A DNA stretch of 24,058 nt from Candidatus Micrarchaeota archaeon (GTDB lineage Archaea; Micrarchaeota; Micrarchaeia; Anstonellales; Bilamarchaeaceae). Below the pieces are notes generated by a model. That model was not told the origin of the DNA, made no database searches, and saw nothing but the letters and a program-made list of their open reading frames with translations. Positions 7,829-15,910 of this stretch are shown here, piece after piece (the first letter of the stretch is position 1; each line of letters opens with the position of its first letter). Location of the stretch: the NCBI GenBank assembly GCA_037440825.1, contig JBBITJ010000010.1, positions 1 through 24,058 of the forward strand. The letters are read 5' to 3'. Both the position numbers and the translations under genes were made by a program.

Positions 7829-8716
7829 ATGGCTGATTCCGACTCCAGAGCTAAGGCTGATAACAAGGGCTTTGTTGGCGTGTACAAGGGTGGCTTCGAG
7901 GACCTGCTCGCGGTCAAGGCGAAGCCGGAATACAAGGCCGGGAAGAAGTTTTCCGAGATATCCAAGAAGCTCAAGGAAGAGCTCACGTTCACCGCGCCCC
8001 ACGCCACAGCCGCAGTGGAGCGCGTCCCCACTGGGATAGATGGCTTTGACGAGATCGTGCAGGGCGGATTCGTGCGCGGAAGCACCATTATGCTTTCAGG
8101 AGGAGCAGGAACCGGAAAGACCATCTTCGGCTCGCAATACCTGTTCAACGGTGCCACCCGGTTCAACGAATCCGGCATATACATTTCGTTCAACGAGACG
8201 AAGGACGCGATCTACCGCCACGCCAAGATGTTCGGCTGGGACTTCCAGAAGCTCGAGGACGAGGGCAAGTTCGCATTCATCAAATACGAGCCCCACGAGG
8301 TTGACCGCATAATCGGCGAAGGAGGCGGCTCTATCAAGGACACCATAGACGCGATAGGCGCGAAGCGCATAGTAATAGATTCCATAACCTCGTACACTCT
8401 CCTTTTCGACAGCGTGTACAAGGAGAGCGAGGCCATACTCGACCTCTTCAGCATACTCAAGAGGTGGGGCATAACCACCCTTGTTATCGCCGAGGTGGGG
8501 GAGACGGGAATGGAAAGGACGCAGGATCGCTCGGTCTTCCTTTCCGACGGCGTCATACTCACTTACTACTTGAGGAAGGAGCTGTCCAGGACAAGGGCCA
8601 TAGAAGTGATAAAGATGCGCGACACCTTCCACCTGGAGAAGATATGCCCGTTCACCATCACGAACAAGGGCGTCATCGTGTTCCCAGAAGCGCAGGTCTT
8701 CGGGCCCACCAAATAA
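7829..8716 (+). CDS. Single-domain KaiC/RAD55-family ATPase with ~60-aa N-terminal extension
   Basis: RVPTGIDGFDEIVQGG, Walker A GGAGTGKT, YISFNE, Walker B RIVIDS, SDGVI, arginine-finger region RAIEVIKMR, PFTITNKG. Confidence 0.92.
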   Translation: MADSDSRAKADNKGFVGVYKGGFEDLLAVKAKPEYKAGKKFSEISKKLKEELTFTAPHATAAVERVPTGIDGFDEIVQGGFVRGSTIMLSGGAGTGKTIFGSQYLFNGATRFNESGIYISFNETKDAIYRHAKMFGWDFQKLEDEGKFAFIKYEPHEVDRIIGEGGGSIKDTIDAIGAKRIVIDSITSYTLLFDSVYKESEAILDLFSILKRWGITTLVIAEVGETGMERTQDRSVFLSDGVILTYYLRKELSRTRAIEVIKMRDTFHLEKICPFTITNKGVIVFPEAQVFGPTK

Positions 8717-8722
8717 TCATCA

Positions 8723-9448
8723 TTAGTATTTTTTCCCGAGCCTGAAGCGGATAAGGTTGGAGAAGAAAGCCACGCTGTCCTTTATTCCTTTGACCGTAGA
8801 TTTGCGGTTTTCCGCAAGGCTGTAATCAATAGGCAGGAACTCCGTCTTCTTCCCCAGCACGTTTGCATAATACACCATCTGGGTGTCGAAGAACCACTTC
8901 TCGTCCATGCTGCCCCATCTCATCAGCATCTCGTCCAGCGCCTCCTTTTTCCAGAACTTGAACCCTGCCTGGAAGTCAGGCACCTTGAACCCTCCGAAAA
9001 GGACGAGGTTCGCGAGCATTATGTACCCTTGGGAGAGCATCTTCCTGGTCATGGGACCCTTTATGGAACCTTTCCCGTACCTGCATCCTATTACCAGGTC
9101 GCAGGAGTTTCCGGCTATCAGCTTTTCGACTTCCTTGAATTTCTCAAGATTCACCGGCAAATCCAGGTCTATGTACCCGACCCAGTCCCCGTTTTCCGCG
9201 AACCTCCCGTGCGCTTCCACCAAAGCGATGCCCCGGCCGCGTTTTGGCGTAGAATAATAGAAGATATTCTTCGTCTTCTCTGCTATGCGTTTTCCGGCTT
9301 CGTCCATTTCCGGGCTGAACCTGTACGCACTTATGGCTATTGCAAAAGGGACGGAGAGGTTTTCGCCCAGATAGGAATGGAGCCTCATCACGTTCTTCTC
9401 CAGCACGTCAATCTCATTATAAGCTGGGACTATGACTAGGAGCTTCAT
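8723..9448 (-). CDS. GT2 glycosyltransferase, polyprenol-phosphate sugar synthase-like
   Basis: VIVPAYNE, RGRGIAL, YIDLD (DxD), DLVIGCRY, DFQAGFK, WFFDTQ. Confidence 0.85.
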   Translation of the reverse strand: MKLLVIVPAYNEIDVLEKNVMRLHSYLGENLSVPFAIAISAYRFSPEMDEAGKRIAEKTKNIFYYSTPKRGRGIALVEAHGRFAENGDWVGYIDLDLPVNLEKFKEVEKLIAGNSCDLVIGCRYGKGSIKGPMTRKMLSQGYIMLANLVLFGGFKVPDFQAGFKFWKKEALDEMLMRWGSMDEKWFFDTQMVYYANVLGKKTEFLPIDYSLAENRKSTVKGIKDSVAFFSNLIRFRLGKKY

Positions 9449-9505
9449 GGTTCCTGTTCCGTGTCAAACTATAAAAAACTTCCAGCCCAACCCCTTATGA
9501 TTGAT

Positions 9506-10420
9506 ATGAAAATTGCTGTTGTGGGAGGCGCGGGATTCATAGGCAGCCATCTTGCCGACGCCCTCCTATCTTCAGGGCACGAAGTGCTCGTTCTGGACAA
9601 CCTTTCCACAGGAAGCGAGAAAAACGTCCCAAAAGGCGCGGAATTCAGGCCATGCGACATCCTCCGGAACGACCTGGCGAAAGAATTTGCAGGCTGCGGC
9701 GCGGTTTTCCATCTCGCTGCTGACCCCAGCGTGCGCGAGAGCGCATCCAAGCCCCGCTCCAGCTTCGAATTGAATGTTGCAGGCACGTTCAACGTATTGG
9801 AAGCGTGCAGGAAGGCCGGCGTTAAAAATACGGTTTTCGCCTCCACCTCTGCAGTATATGGAAATGCCGGGGTTATCCCAACGCCGGAATCGCACCCAAC
9901 ATTTCCGATAAGCAACTACGCGGCGAGCAAGCTCGCTTCGGAGGCGTATTGCGCGAGCTACGCTCACACCTACGGGACGAAAACCACAGTGCTGCGGTTC
10001 GCGAACATATTCGGGGAGCGCAGCACGCACGGAGTGATGTTCGATTTCTACAACAAGCTGAAAAAGGATCCAAAAAAGCTCGAAATCCTCGGGGACGGGA
10101 AGCAGAAGAAATCCTACCTGCACGTCTCGGACTGCGTTTCCGCGACGCTGGCCGCGTTCGGGAAGCAGAAGAAGCAGTTTGACGTGTTCAACGTGGGAAG
10201 CAGGGAGCAGCACACTGTGGACGAGATCGCGGCCATGCTCTCTTCCGAAATGGGCTGCAAGCCCAAGTTCGAGCACACTGGAGGGAAACAGGGCTGGAAA
10301 GGGGACGTTGCCGATATGCTATTGGACGTCTCGAAACTCGAATCCTTGGGCTGGAAGGCGTCGGTTCCGTTTGCGGAGGCCGTAAAGCGCTATGTCCGGT
10401 GGCTGAAAAAACATTATTAA
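9506..10420 (+). CDS. NAD-dependent epimerase, archaeal UDP-glucose 4-epimerase-like SDR
   Basis: GGAGFIGSH, FHLAADP, ASTSAVYG, YAASK, HGVMFDF..KL...LEILGDGKQKKSY. Start moved to MKIAVVGG (9506). Confidence 0.88.
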   Translation: MKIAVVGGAGFIGSHLADALLSSGHEVLVLDNLSTGSEKNVPKGAEFRPCDILRNDLAKEFAGCGAVFHLAADPSVRESASKPRSSFELNVAGTFNVLEACRKAGVKNTVFASTSAVYGNAGVIPTPESHPTFPISNYAASKLASEAYCASYAHTYGTKTTVLRFANIFGERSTHGVMFDFYNKLKKDPKKLEILGDGKQKKSYLHVSDCVSATLAAFGKQKKQFDVFNVGSREQHTVDEIAAMLSSEMGCKPKFEHTGGKQGWKGDVADMLLDVSKLESLGWKASVPFAEAVKRYVRWLKKHY

Positions 10421-10451
10421 TAGATTCGCTCCTAATATATTGCGTATTCTA

Positions 10452-10524
10452 GGGCTCGTAGTCGAATGGTTATGACGCTACTCTCACACAGTAGAGATTC
10501 GCGGTTCGATTCCGCGCGGGCCCA
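10452..10524 (+). tRNA. tRNA-Val(CAC), intronless
   Basis: Acceptor GGGCTCG/CGGGCCC, D-stem GTCG/TGAC, anticodon stem CTACT/AGTAG with loop CT-CAC-AC (CAC 10485-10487), T-arm CGCGG-TTCGATT-CCGCG. Confidence 0.95.
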
Positions 10525-10534
10525 CTTCTTCTTG

Positions 10535-10555
10535 GTTTCCGGTTTTCCGTTTCCG
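10535..10555. repeat. Three tandem heptamers GTTTCCG-GTTTTCC-GTTTCCG
   Basis: 10534-10556 matches 4703-4725 at 21 of 23 positions. Confidence 0.75.
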
Positions 10556-10644
10556 GCATTCGTCGTAGCTGCCTAAGGTATATATTAAAAGGATAACCGT
10601 CCAATCGAATAACGTCTAATCAGACAGCATTACAGGTGAGATTT

Positions 10645-11646
10645 ATGGTTTCTGTTCAGCCGGATTTCGACGAGAAGACTGAGGCAAAGCTGCGCGAGCT
10701 TGCAAGCGCCGGGACGAAGATACTCGTAACCGGAGGCGCGGGCTACCTAGGCTCTGTTCTTGTTGAAATGCTGGTGAAAAGGGGCTTCGAAGTCACTGTT
10801 GTAGACAACCTCCTCTATTCCCAGAACACGCTCTTCAACCTCTTTTACACAGGGAATCTGAAATTCATCTACGGCGACGTGACGAACAAGGCGTTCATGA
10901 AGAAGATCCTTGCGGAAAAGTACGACTACATAATCCCGCTCGCCGCCATCGTCGGTTTCCCGGTTTCGGAAATGAAGCCCGAGATCACCTGGATGGTGAA
11001 CTACGAAGCCGTGCTCACGGTGCTTGCGGAGAGGAAGGACGCGAGAATCCTCTTCCCCACTACGAACAGCGGCTACGGAACTACCACGGGCGAGGTGCAA
11101 TGCACCGAGGATAGCCCGCTCAACCCCATTTCGACTTACGGGAAGAGCAAGGTAGCTGCTGAAAAGGCGACGATGGAGGCTGGGAACGCGATCTGCTACA
11201 GGCTCGCGACTCTCTTCGGCTTCTCTCCGAGGATGAGAACCGACCTTTTGGTGAACCATTTCACCTACAAGGCGGTGAACGACCGTGTCCTTACGCTGTT
11301 CGAGCACAAGTTCAAGCGGAACTTCGTGCACGTCGTTGAAGCCAGCAGGGTTTTCCTGTGGAGCATGGTGAACTGGGATACGATGAAGAATAAGATATAC
11401 AATTTCGGGCACCCGGACTTCAACATCACCAAAGAAGACCTCGCGCTCATGATAAAGAAGGAGGTTCCTGACCTCAACATATTCTATTCAGAAATAGGGA
11501 GCGACCCTGACAAGCGCAACTACGTGGTCTCGAACGACCGCATACTCGCGACCGGATTCAAGTTCCAGTATCCCCTCGATAGGGGCATAAGGGAGCTCGT
11601 GCGCGGATATGAGGCGTTCAGGGACTACAGATTCAGGAACTACTGA
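10645..11646 (+). CDS. Extended SDR, GDP-D-glycero-alpha-D-manno-heptose 4-dehydrogenase-like (Campylobacter Cj1427/WcaG family)
   Basis: TGGAGYLGS, IIPLAAIVG, NYEAV, PTTNSGYG, CTEDSPLNPISTYG.SK, RLATLFGFSPRMRTDLLVN.FTY, IGSDPDKRNYVVSN match the Cj1427 family as recalled. ATG 10645 follows SD AGGTGA. Confidence 0.8.
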   Translation: MVSVQPDFDEKTEAKLRELASAGTKILVTGGAGYLGSVLVEMLVKRGFEVTVVDNLLYSQNTLFNLFYTGNLKFIYGDVTNKAFMKKILAEKYDYIIPLAAIVGFPVSEMKPEITWMVNYEAVLTVLAERKDARILFPTTNSGYGTTTGEVQCTEDSPLNPISTYGKSKVAAEKATMEAGNAICYRLATLFGFSPRMRTDLLVNHFTYKAVNDRVLTLFEHKFKRNFVHVVEASRVFLWSMVNWDTMKNKIYNFGHPDFNITKEDLALMIKKEVPDLNIFYSEIGSDPDKRNYVVSNDRILATGFKFQYPLDRGIRELVRGYEAFRDYRFRNY

Positions 11647-11655
11647 CGGGATAAA

Positions 11656-12585
11656 ATGAAAATCTTGGTCACAGGAGCCACGGGATTCATAGGCAAGAGT
11701 CTCGTGCCGAAGCTGAAGGCAGCAGGCCACGAGGTTACAGGCATTTCCGGCCATGACTACGATTTTATGGAGCAGTCCGAAGTGCGCAAGGTGTTCAAGG
11801 ACCACAGCCCTGACGCAGTCTATCACCTCGCTGCAAAAGTCGGAGGGATACTCGCGAACAAGACATATCCTGCAGATTTCATCTACAACAACTTGGCGAT
11901 GAACACCTATTTCCTCGAGGAGGCGAGGAAAGCCGGAATAAGGCGGCTCATCTACACGTTCTGCGGCTGCTCCTATCCCAAGACCGCCCCCAACCCGATA
12001 AAGGAGGAATACCTCTTCCAGGGGCTTCCAGACGAGAACGCGATGTTCTACTCGCTCGCGAAAGCCACGAATTATCTGCAGGTGCTCGCGTACAGGAGGC
12101 AGTATGGAGTTGACTGGGTTTCCGCTGTTCCGGGCAACGCATACGGTCCATGGGACAACTTCTCGGAAAAAGGCTCGCACGTGATTCCCGGGCTGATAAG
12201 GAGGTTCCATTTCGCGAAAGAGAATGGCGACAAGGAAGTGGTCGTATGGGGCACAGGCAAGCCGGTGCGCGATTTCGTCTACGTGGACGACGTCGCGGAC
12301 GCCCTCTCGCTCATGCTGGATAAATACCATTCCGATTCTCCTGTGAACATCTCCGTGGGCAAGGGAGTGACAATAAAAGAGCTTATCGAAATGGTCAAGG
12401 AAATCGTGGGCTACGAAGGTAAGCTCGTGTGGGATTCCACAAAGCCGGATGGGCACGCAATCAAGATATTCGATGTCACGAGGATGAAGAATGAATTGGG
12501 CTTCCAGCCGAAGGTCGAATTGAAGGAAGGTATAAAGAAGACGTATTCTTGGTTCAAGAGCAACCTGAAAGACGTGAGATTGTGA
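11656..12585 (+). CDS. fcl: GDP-L-fucose synthase family 3,5-epimerase/4-reductase
   Basis: HLAAKVGGILANKTYPADFIYNNL, CGCSYPK, YSLAK, NAYGPWDNF...SHVIPGLIRRF, VWGTGKPVRDFVYVDD, WDSTKPDG. Confidence 0.88.
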   Translation: MKILVTGATGFIGKSLVPKLKAAGHEVTGISGHDYDFMEQSEVRKVFKDHSPDAVYHLAAKVGGILANKTYPADFIYNNLAMNTYFLEEARKAGIRRLIYTFCGCSYPKTAPNPIKEEYLFQGLPDENAMFYSLAKATNYLQVLAYRRQYGVDWVSAVPGNAYGPWDNFSEKGSHVIPGLIRRFHFAKENGDKEVVVWGTGKPVRDFVYVDDVADALSLMLDKYHSDSPVNISVGKGVTIKELIEMVKEIVGYEGKLVWDSTKPDGHAIKIFDVTRMKNELGFQPKVELKEGIKKTYSWFKSNLKDVRL

Positions 12586-13307
12586 GCGAAAGCGAATTCT
12601 ACGACGGCTATTTCACAAGGACCGTGGAAGGGCTCGACGTGGAGAAATACGTCTCCTCAAGTTCCAGGAAGGCGCTGCGCGAGTATTTCAACAACGACCC
12701 GAAACAGGGATTCGTTATAGATTTCGGGGGAAGGATAGGCGAGAAGACGAGGATGCTCGACAACGTGGTGGTCGTGGAAGTGGACAAGACCGCGCTGGAA
12801 TACATGCGCAAGAAGGGCATAAGGTGCGCTGCAAGCATGGATGAAATAAAGGACGGGAGCGCAGACGTTGTTTTCGCGTGCCACGTGCTCGAGCACGTGG
12901 ACAATCCGCAATCGTATCTGATGAAATTCAGGGAGAAGCTCAAGGGCGACGGAAAGCTCATCATAGTAAGCCCTGCTGAGTTTCAGGGCATGGAACCTTC
13001 TTCCATCTCGCACCATCCTGACGGCCACGTGCACACATTCACTTTCGTCCATCTCTTTACCATGCTGGAGCGCAACGGCTTCGAGCCCCTCTCTTGGAGG
13101 TACGGCGGCATGCCCTATTTCACCACGCTGAGGCTGAAATTCGGGCTCGGCTGGCTGTTCGACGCGATGGAAGCGGTGCTGGAAATACCGCTCAGGGCGA
13201 GGGTGCTCCGCAGCCTCTTCTTCCTGTTTTACGGAACGATGAGTTTGCTCACGCGCCGCGTGCCCAGCCCGGAAATCGTGATTGTCGCAAAGAGGTCTGC
13301 AAAATGA
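12582..13307 (+). CDS. Class I SAM-dependent methyltransferase
   Basis: VIDFGGRIG (motif I), DVVFACHVLEHVDNP, LKGDGKLII.SP; GTG start overlapping the fcl stop (GTGA). Confidence 0.8.
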   Translation: MSESEFYDGYFTRTVEGLDVEKYVSSSSRKALREYFNNDPKQGFVIDFGGRIGEKTRMLDNVVVVEVDKTALEYMRKKGIRCAASMDEIKDGSADVVFACHVLEHVDNPQSYLMKFREKLKGDGKLIIVSPAEFQGMEPSSISHHPDGHVHTFTFVHLFTMLERNGFEPLSWRYGGMPYFTTLRLKFGLGWLFDAMEAVLEIPLRARVLRSLFFLFYGTMSLLTRRVPSPEIVIVAKRSAK

Positions 13308-14071
13308 CTCAAAAAATAGGGATAATCGGGTACAAGGGATTCGTGGGCTCCGCTCTGTTCGAGCTCTTCTCCTCGGACAAGTCGTACGAGGTCGTGGGGA
13401 TAGGGCGCGAGGAATACGAATCCCTGAAGGGCAAGAGCTTCGACATCCTCATAAACGCGAACGGCAATTCCAGCAAGGTGCTCGCGGAGCGCGAGCCGAA
13501 AAAGGATTTTGAGATGAACGTGGTTTCGACGTTCAATTCGCTCATGGATCTAAAGTGCGGGAAGTACGTCTACATCTCCTCTGTGGATGTTTATCCGGAC
13601 AAATCCGCGAGGAGCGCGACAGGGGAGGATTCGCAGATCCGGATTGAAAAGCTGTCCAACTACGGCTTGGGCAAATACCTGGCCGAGCAGGTAGTGAGGA
13701 AGCACGCGAAGCAGTGGCTCATTCTCAGGCTGGGCGGAATGGTGGGGAAGAACATGAAAAAAGGACCGATGTACGACATCCTCAACCTGCGTAAGCTTTT
13801 CCTCTCCTCGAAATCGAGATTCCAGTTCATCAGCACCGCGGACGTGGCTCAGGCGTCGAAAACGCTGATTGAGCGCGGCAAGTGGGGCGAGATTTACAAT
13901 GTGGTTGGTGAGGGCAACCTGGAACTGGGGGAAATAGCCGCCCTAGCTGGCGTGAAGCTTGAAAGCGAAGGAAAAGACGTGCACGTGCTGGATGTCTCCT
14001 GCGCCAAGCTGAAGAAGGAATTTCCTGTGAAAACGACGAAGGAAACGGTGCTCGCCTTCCTGAACAAGTGA
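13304..14071 (+). CDS. NAD-dependent epimerase/dehydratase (short atypical SDR)
   Basis: IGYKGFVG, YISSVDVY, YGLGK. Start at ATG 13304 (ATGA overlap), not 13094. Confidence 0.82.
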   Translation: MTQKIGIIGYKGFVGSALFELFSSDKSYEVVGIGREEYESLKGKSFDILINANGNSSKVLAEREPKKDFEMNVVSTFNSLMDLKCGKYVYISSVDVYPDKSARSATGEDSQIRIEKLSNYGLGKYLAEQVVRKHAKQWLILRLGGMVGKNMKKGPMYDILNLRKLFLSSKSRFQFISTADVAQASKTLIERGKWGEIYNVVGEGNLELGEIAALAGVKLESEGKDVHVLDVSCAKLKKEFPVKTTKETVLAFLNK

Positions 14072-14075
14072 TTGG

Positions 14076-15236
14076 ATGGATTTCGGGAAGCTCTTCTCCA
14101 GGTTCGAGGACCGCAGGAAAGCGAAGCGGAAGGTCGCGCTCATGAGCCCCGCAGGCAACGAGAAAATGCTCCGCGAATTCATCTCGATAATCAAGAAGCA
14201 GACGTTCAAGGATTTTGACATCCTCTTCATCTCTCCAAAAGGCGCCAATTTCTACTGGGACGAAGAGCTTTCCATCATGAACGCGGAGGAACGCTACCCT
14301 CTGGGCACATCCGGCTGCTTCTTCGCAGGCCAGACCTTCCTCTACACGGAGGGCTACGAAGTCATAGTAGTGGCGGACCTTGATGCGATCCCTTCATCGG
14401 AATCCATGCTCGAAAGCCTCATAAACGAGGCGAGAGCAAGCGGAAAGGCGTGCATGCCGATTTCCACCCCTGCGGAAAGCGCGGTTCCTGAGAAAATGTT
14501 CAACGTGAACCAGTACGGCACCTATCCGAGGGAGGTGTTTGAAAAAGTCGGCTTTGCAAACCCTTTCTTCTGGCGCGGAGCGGAGGACTGGGACCTCATG
14601 CAGCGCCTCTCGTCCAAAGGACTCATTAAAGTTGTAGAGGGCGTGCACGTCACCCACCCCACGAGCGGCTTCACGCCTTACCACAAGCTCGCGAACAGGA
14701 AGAAATTCTACCCTTATCTCACGAACATAATGAAGGCGTTCCTCTTCGGAATGAAGAGGGACTGGCGCAATTCTTTCAATTACCTGCTATGGTATATCTT
14801 CTACAGGTTCTTCTCGGTGCTTTTCGCTGACAATGCGCTCAGGGACGCCGTTTCCCGTTCGTCCAGGTTCGAGATCCCTTCCGCGCCACAGGGCGAACCA
14901 GCGGTGATCGTGGAGAAAGTCCGGAGCAGCGGGCAGTTCGGCAGGAGTCTGTTGAGCAAGCTGGCGACAAACGTGCGCATGCTTTTCGAAATGATTCTTT
15001 TAGGCAAGACCGAAGTTTATACGGATCGCATAACCGTCGCCCCTTCTTTCAGAAGCAGGCTGCTGCCAAATGCGATCCTTGCGTTGATCCTAGTTCCTCT
15101 TTATTTCGCGGAATGCGCAGCAGCGATTGCAGAGTGGGGAAAAGAGATGAAGAAGGTCCCCTACCCGGTCTATCCCGAAGGCATAGGGAACGCCATAGAA
15201 ACTTACGCGCTCTACATGCAGAATGGCCGCCTCTAG
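14076..15236 (+). CDS. Divergent GT2-family glycosyltransferase
   Basis: QTFKDFDILFI, LGTSGCFFAG, VADLDA (DxD), REVFEKVGF.NPFFWRGAEDWD, VTHP. Confidence 0.75.
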   Translation: MDFGKLFSRFEDRRKAKRKVALMSPAGNEKMLREFISIIKKQTFKDFDILFISPKGANFYWDEELSIMNAEERYPLGTSGCFFAGQTFLYTEGYEVIVVADLDAIPSSESMLESLINEARASGKACMPISTPAESAVPEKMFNVNQYGTYPREVFEKVGFANPFFWRGAEDWDLMQRLSSKGLIKVVEGVHVTHPTSGFTPYHKLANRKKFYPYLTNIMKAFLFGMKRDWRNSFNYLLWYIFYRFFSVLFADNALRDAVSRSSRFEIPSAPQGEPAVIVEKVRSSGQFGRSLLSKLATNVRMLFEMILLGKTEVYTDRITVAPSFRSRLLPNAILALILVPLYFAECAAAIAEWGKEMKKVPYPVYPEGIGNAIETYALYMQNGRL

Positions 15237-15910
15237 CCCTTCTTCGCAGCTCCAAGAAGCTCTTTGAACCTCCTTATTCCCTTCGGAGTCCCTATGTCGT
15301 ATATCCTGGAGCCTGAAAGGTGCCCAAAAAGCTTTCCTTCAGCAGCCAGCTTGGGCAGGATCTCCTTTTCCAGGCTTGTTTCTTTCCTTCCTGCCCATTC
15401 CATAAGATCTGATTTCCTGATGAACGCGAACCCTCCGTAAACAAGCCCTTCCCCGCTTCCGCTCTTCTCTGCGAACTTCGTTATCCGCCCTGCTTCAAGC
15501 ACCGCCGAGCCCTTGGCTTTCCGCTCATCCTTTGCAAGCAGAAGCGTGGTCTTTCCAGCGCGCTCGCACTTCGCAACAAATCCCTTCAAGTCGAAATCGT
15601 CCAGGAACGTGTCGCCATTGCATACATAGAAATGTTCAGGAAGCGCATCCAACACTCCAAGGACGGCCCCTCCGGTGCCCAGCGCCCTGCCCTCTATTTC
15701 AACCTCTACCTTTCCGCCGGCGTAATTGAGGAATTTCTCCCCCATGTATCCCGCAAGCAGCACCATGCGGTCGAAATATCTCGAATAAGAATCAAGCAGG
15801 TGGCCTATGAATTCCTTTCCTCCTATTTTTATGAGAGGTTTGGGCACGTTGCGCGTTATTGCGCCTAGGCGCTTCCCTCTTCCCCCGCAAAGTATGAGTA
15901 GCGTCCTCAT
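15233..15910 (-). CDS. hddC: Sugar-phosphate nucleotidyltransferase, probable D-glycero-alpha-D-manno-heptose-1-phosphate guanylyltransferase
   Basis: ILCGGRGKRL...VPKPLI, LGTGGA, VCNGDT, F.EK, SLEKEILP, YDIGTP; 225 aa without a beta-helix; close to hddA-gmhA-gmhB. Start at ATG 15910 (ATGA overlap). Confidence 0.78.
   Translation of the reverse strand: MRTLLILCGGRGKRLGAITRNVPKPLIKIGGKEFIGHLLDSYSRYFDRMVLLAGYMGEKFLNYAGGKVEVEIEGRALGTGGAVLGVLDALPEHFYVCNGDTFLDDFDLKGFVAKCERAGKTTLLLAKDERKAKGSAVLEAGRITKFAEKSGSGEGLVYGGFAFIRKSDLMEWAGRKETSLEKEILPKLAAEGKLFGHLSGSRIYDIGTPKGIRRFKELLGAAKKG

Noticed and set aside
7829..8716. Circadian clock KaiC or RadA/RadB recombinase
   Set aside because: Single domain, no KaiA/KaiB and no equivalent Ser-Thr phosphosites; the motifs fit the archaeal KaiC/RAD55 group, not RadA.
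8701..10525. Integrated element at tRNA-Val (CGGGCCCAC at 8701-8709 matches the tRNA 3' end)
   Set aside because: Only 9 bp, inside the KaiC coding sequence and upstream of the tRNA; no integrase, longer att duplication or evident compositional shift.
13094..13303. Long N-terminal extensions in the ORF track (13094, also 16144, 12549, 9461, 18535)
   Set aside because: Most overlap upstream genes, and downstream starts sit at the first conserved motif, with ATGA/GTGA coupling at 13304, 15910 and 12582.
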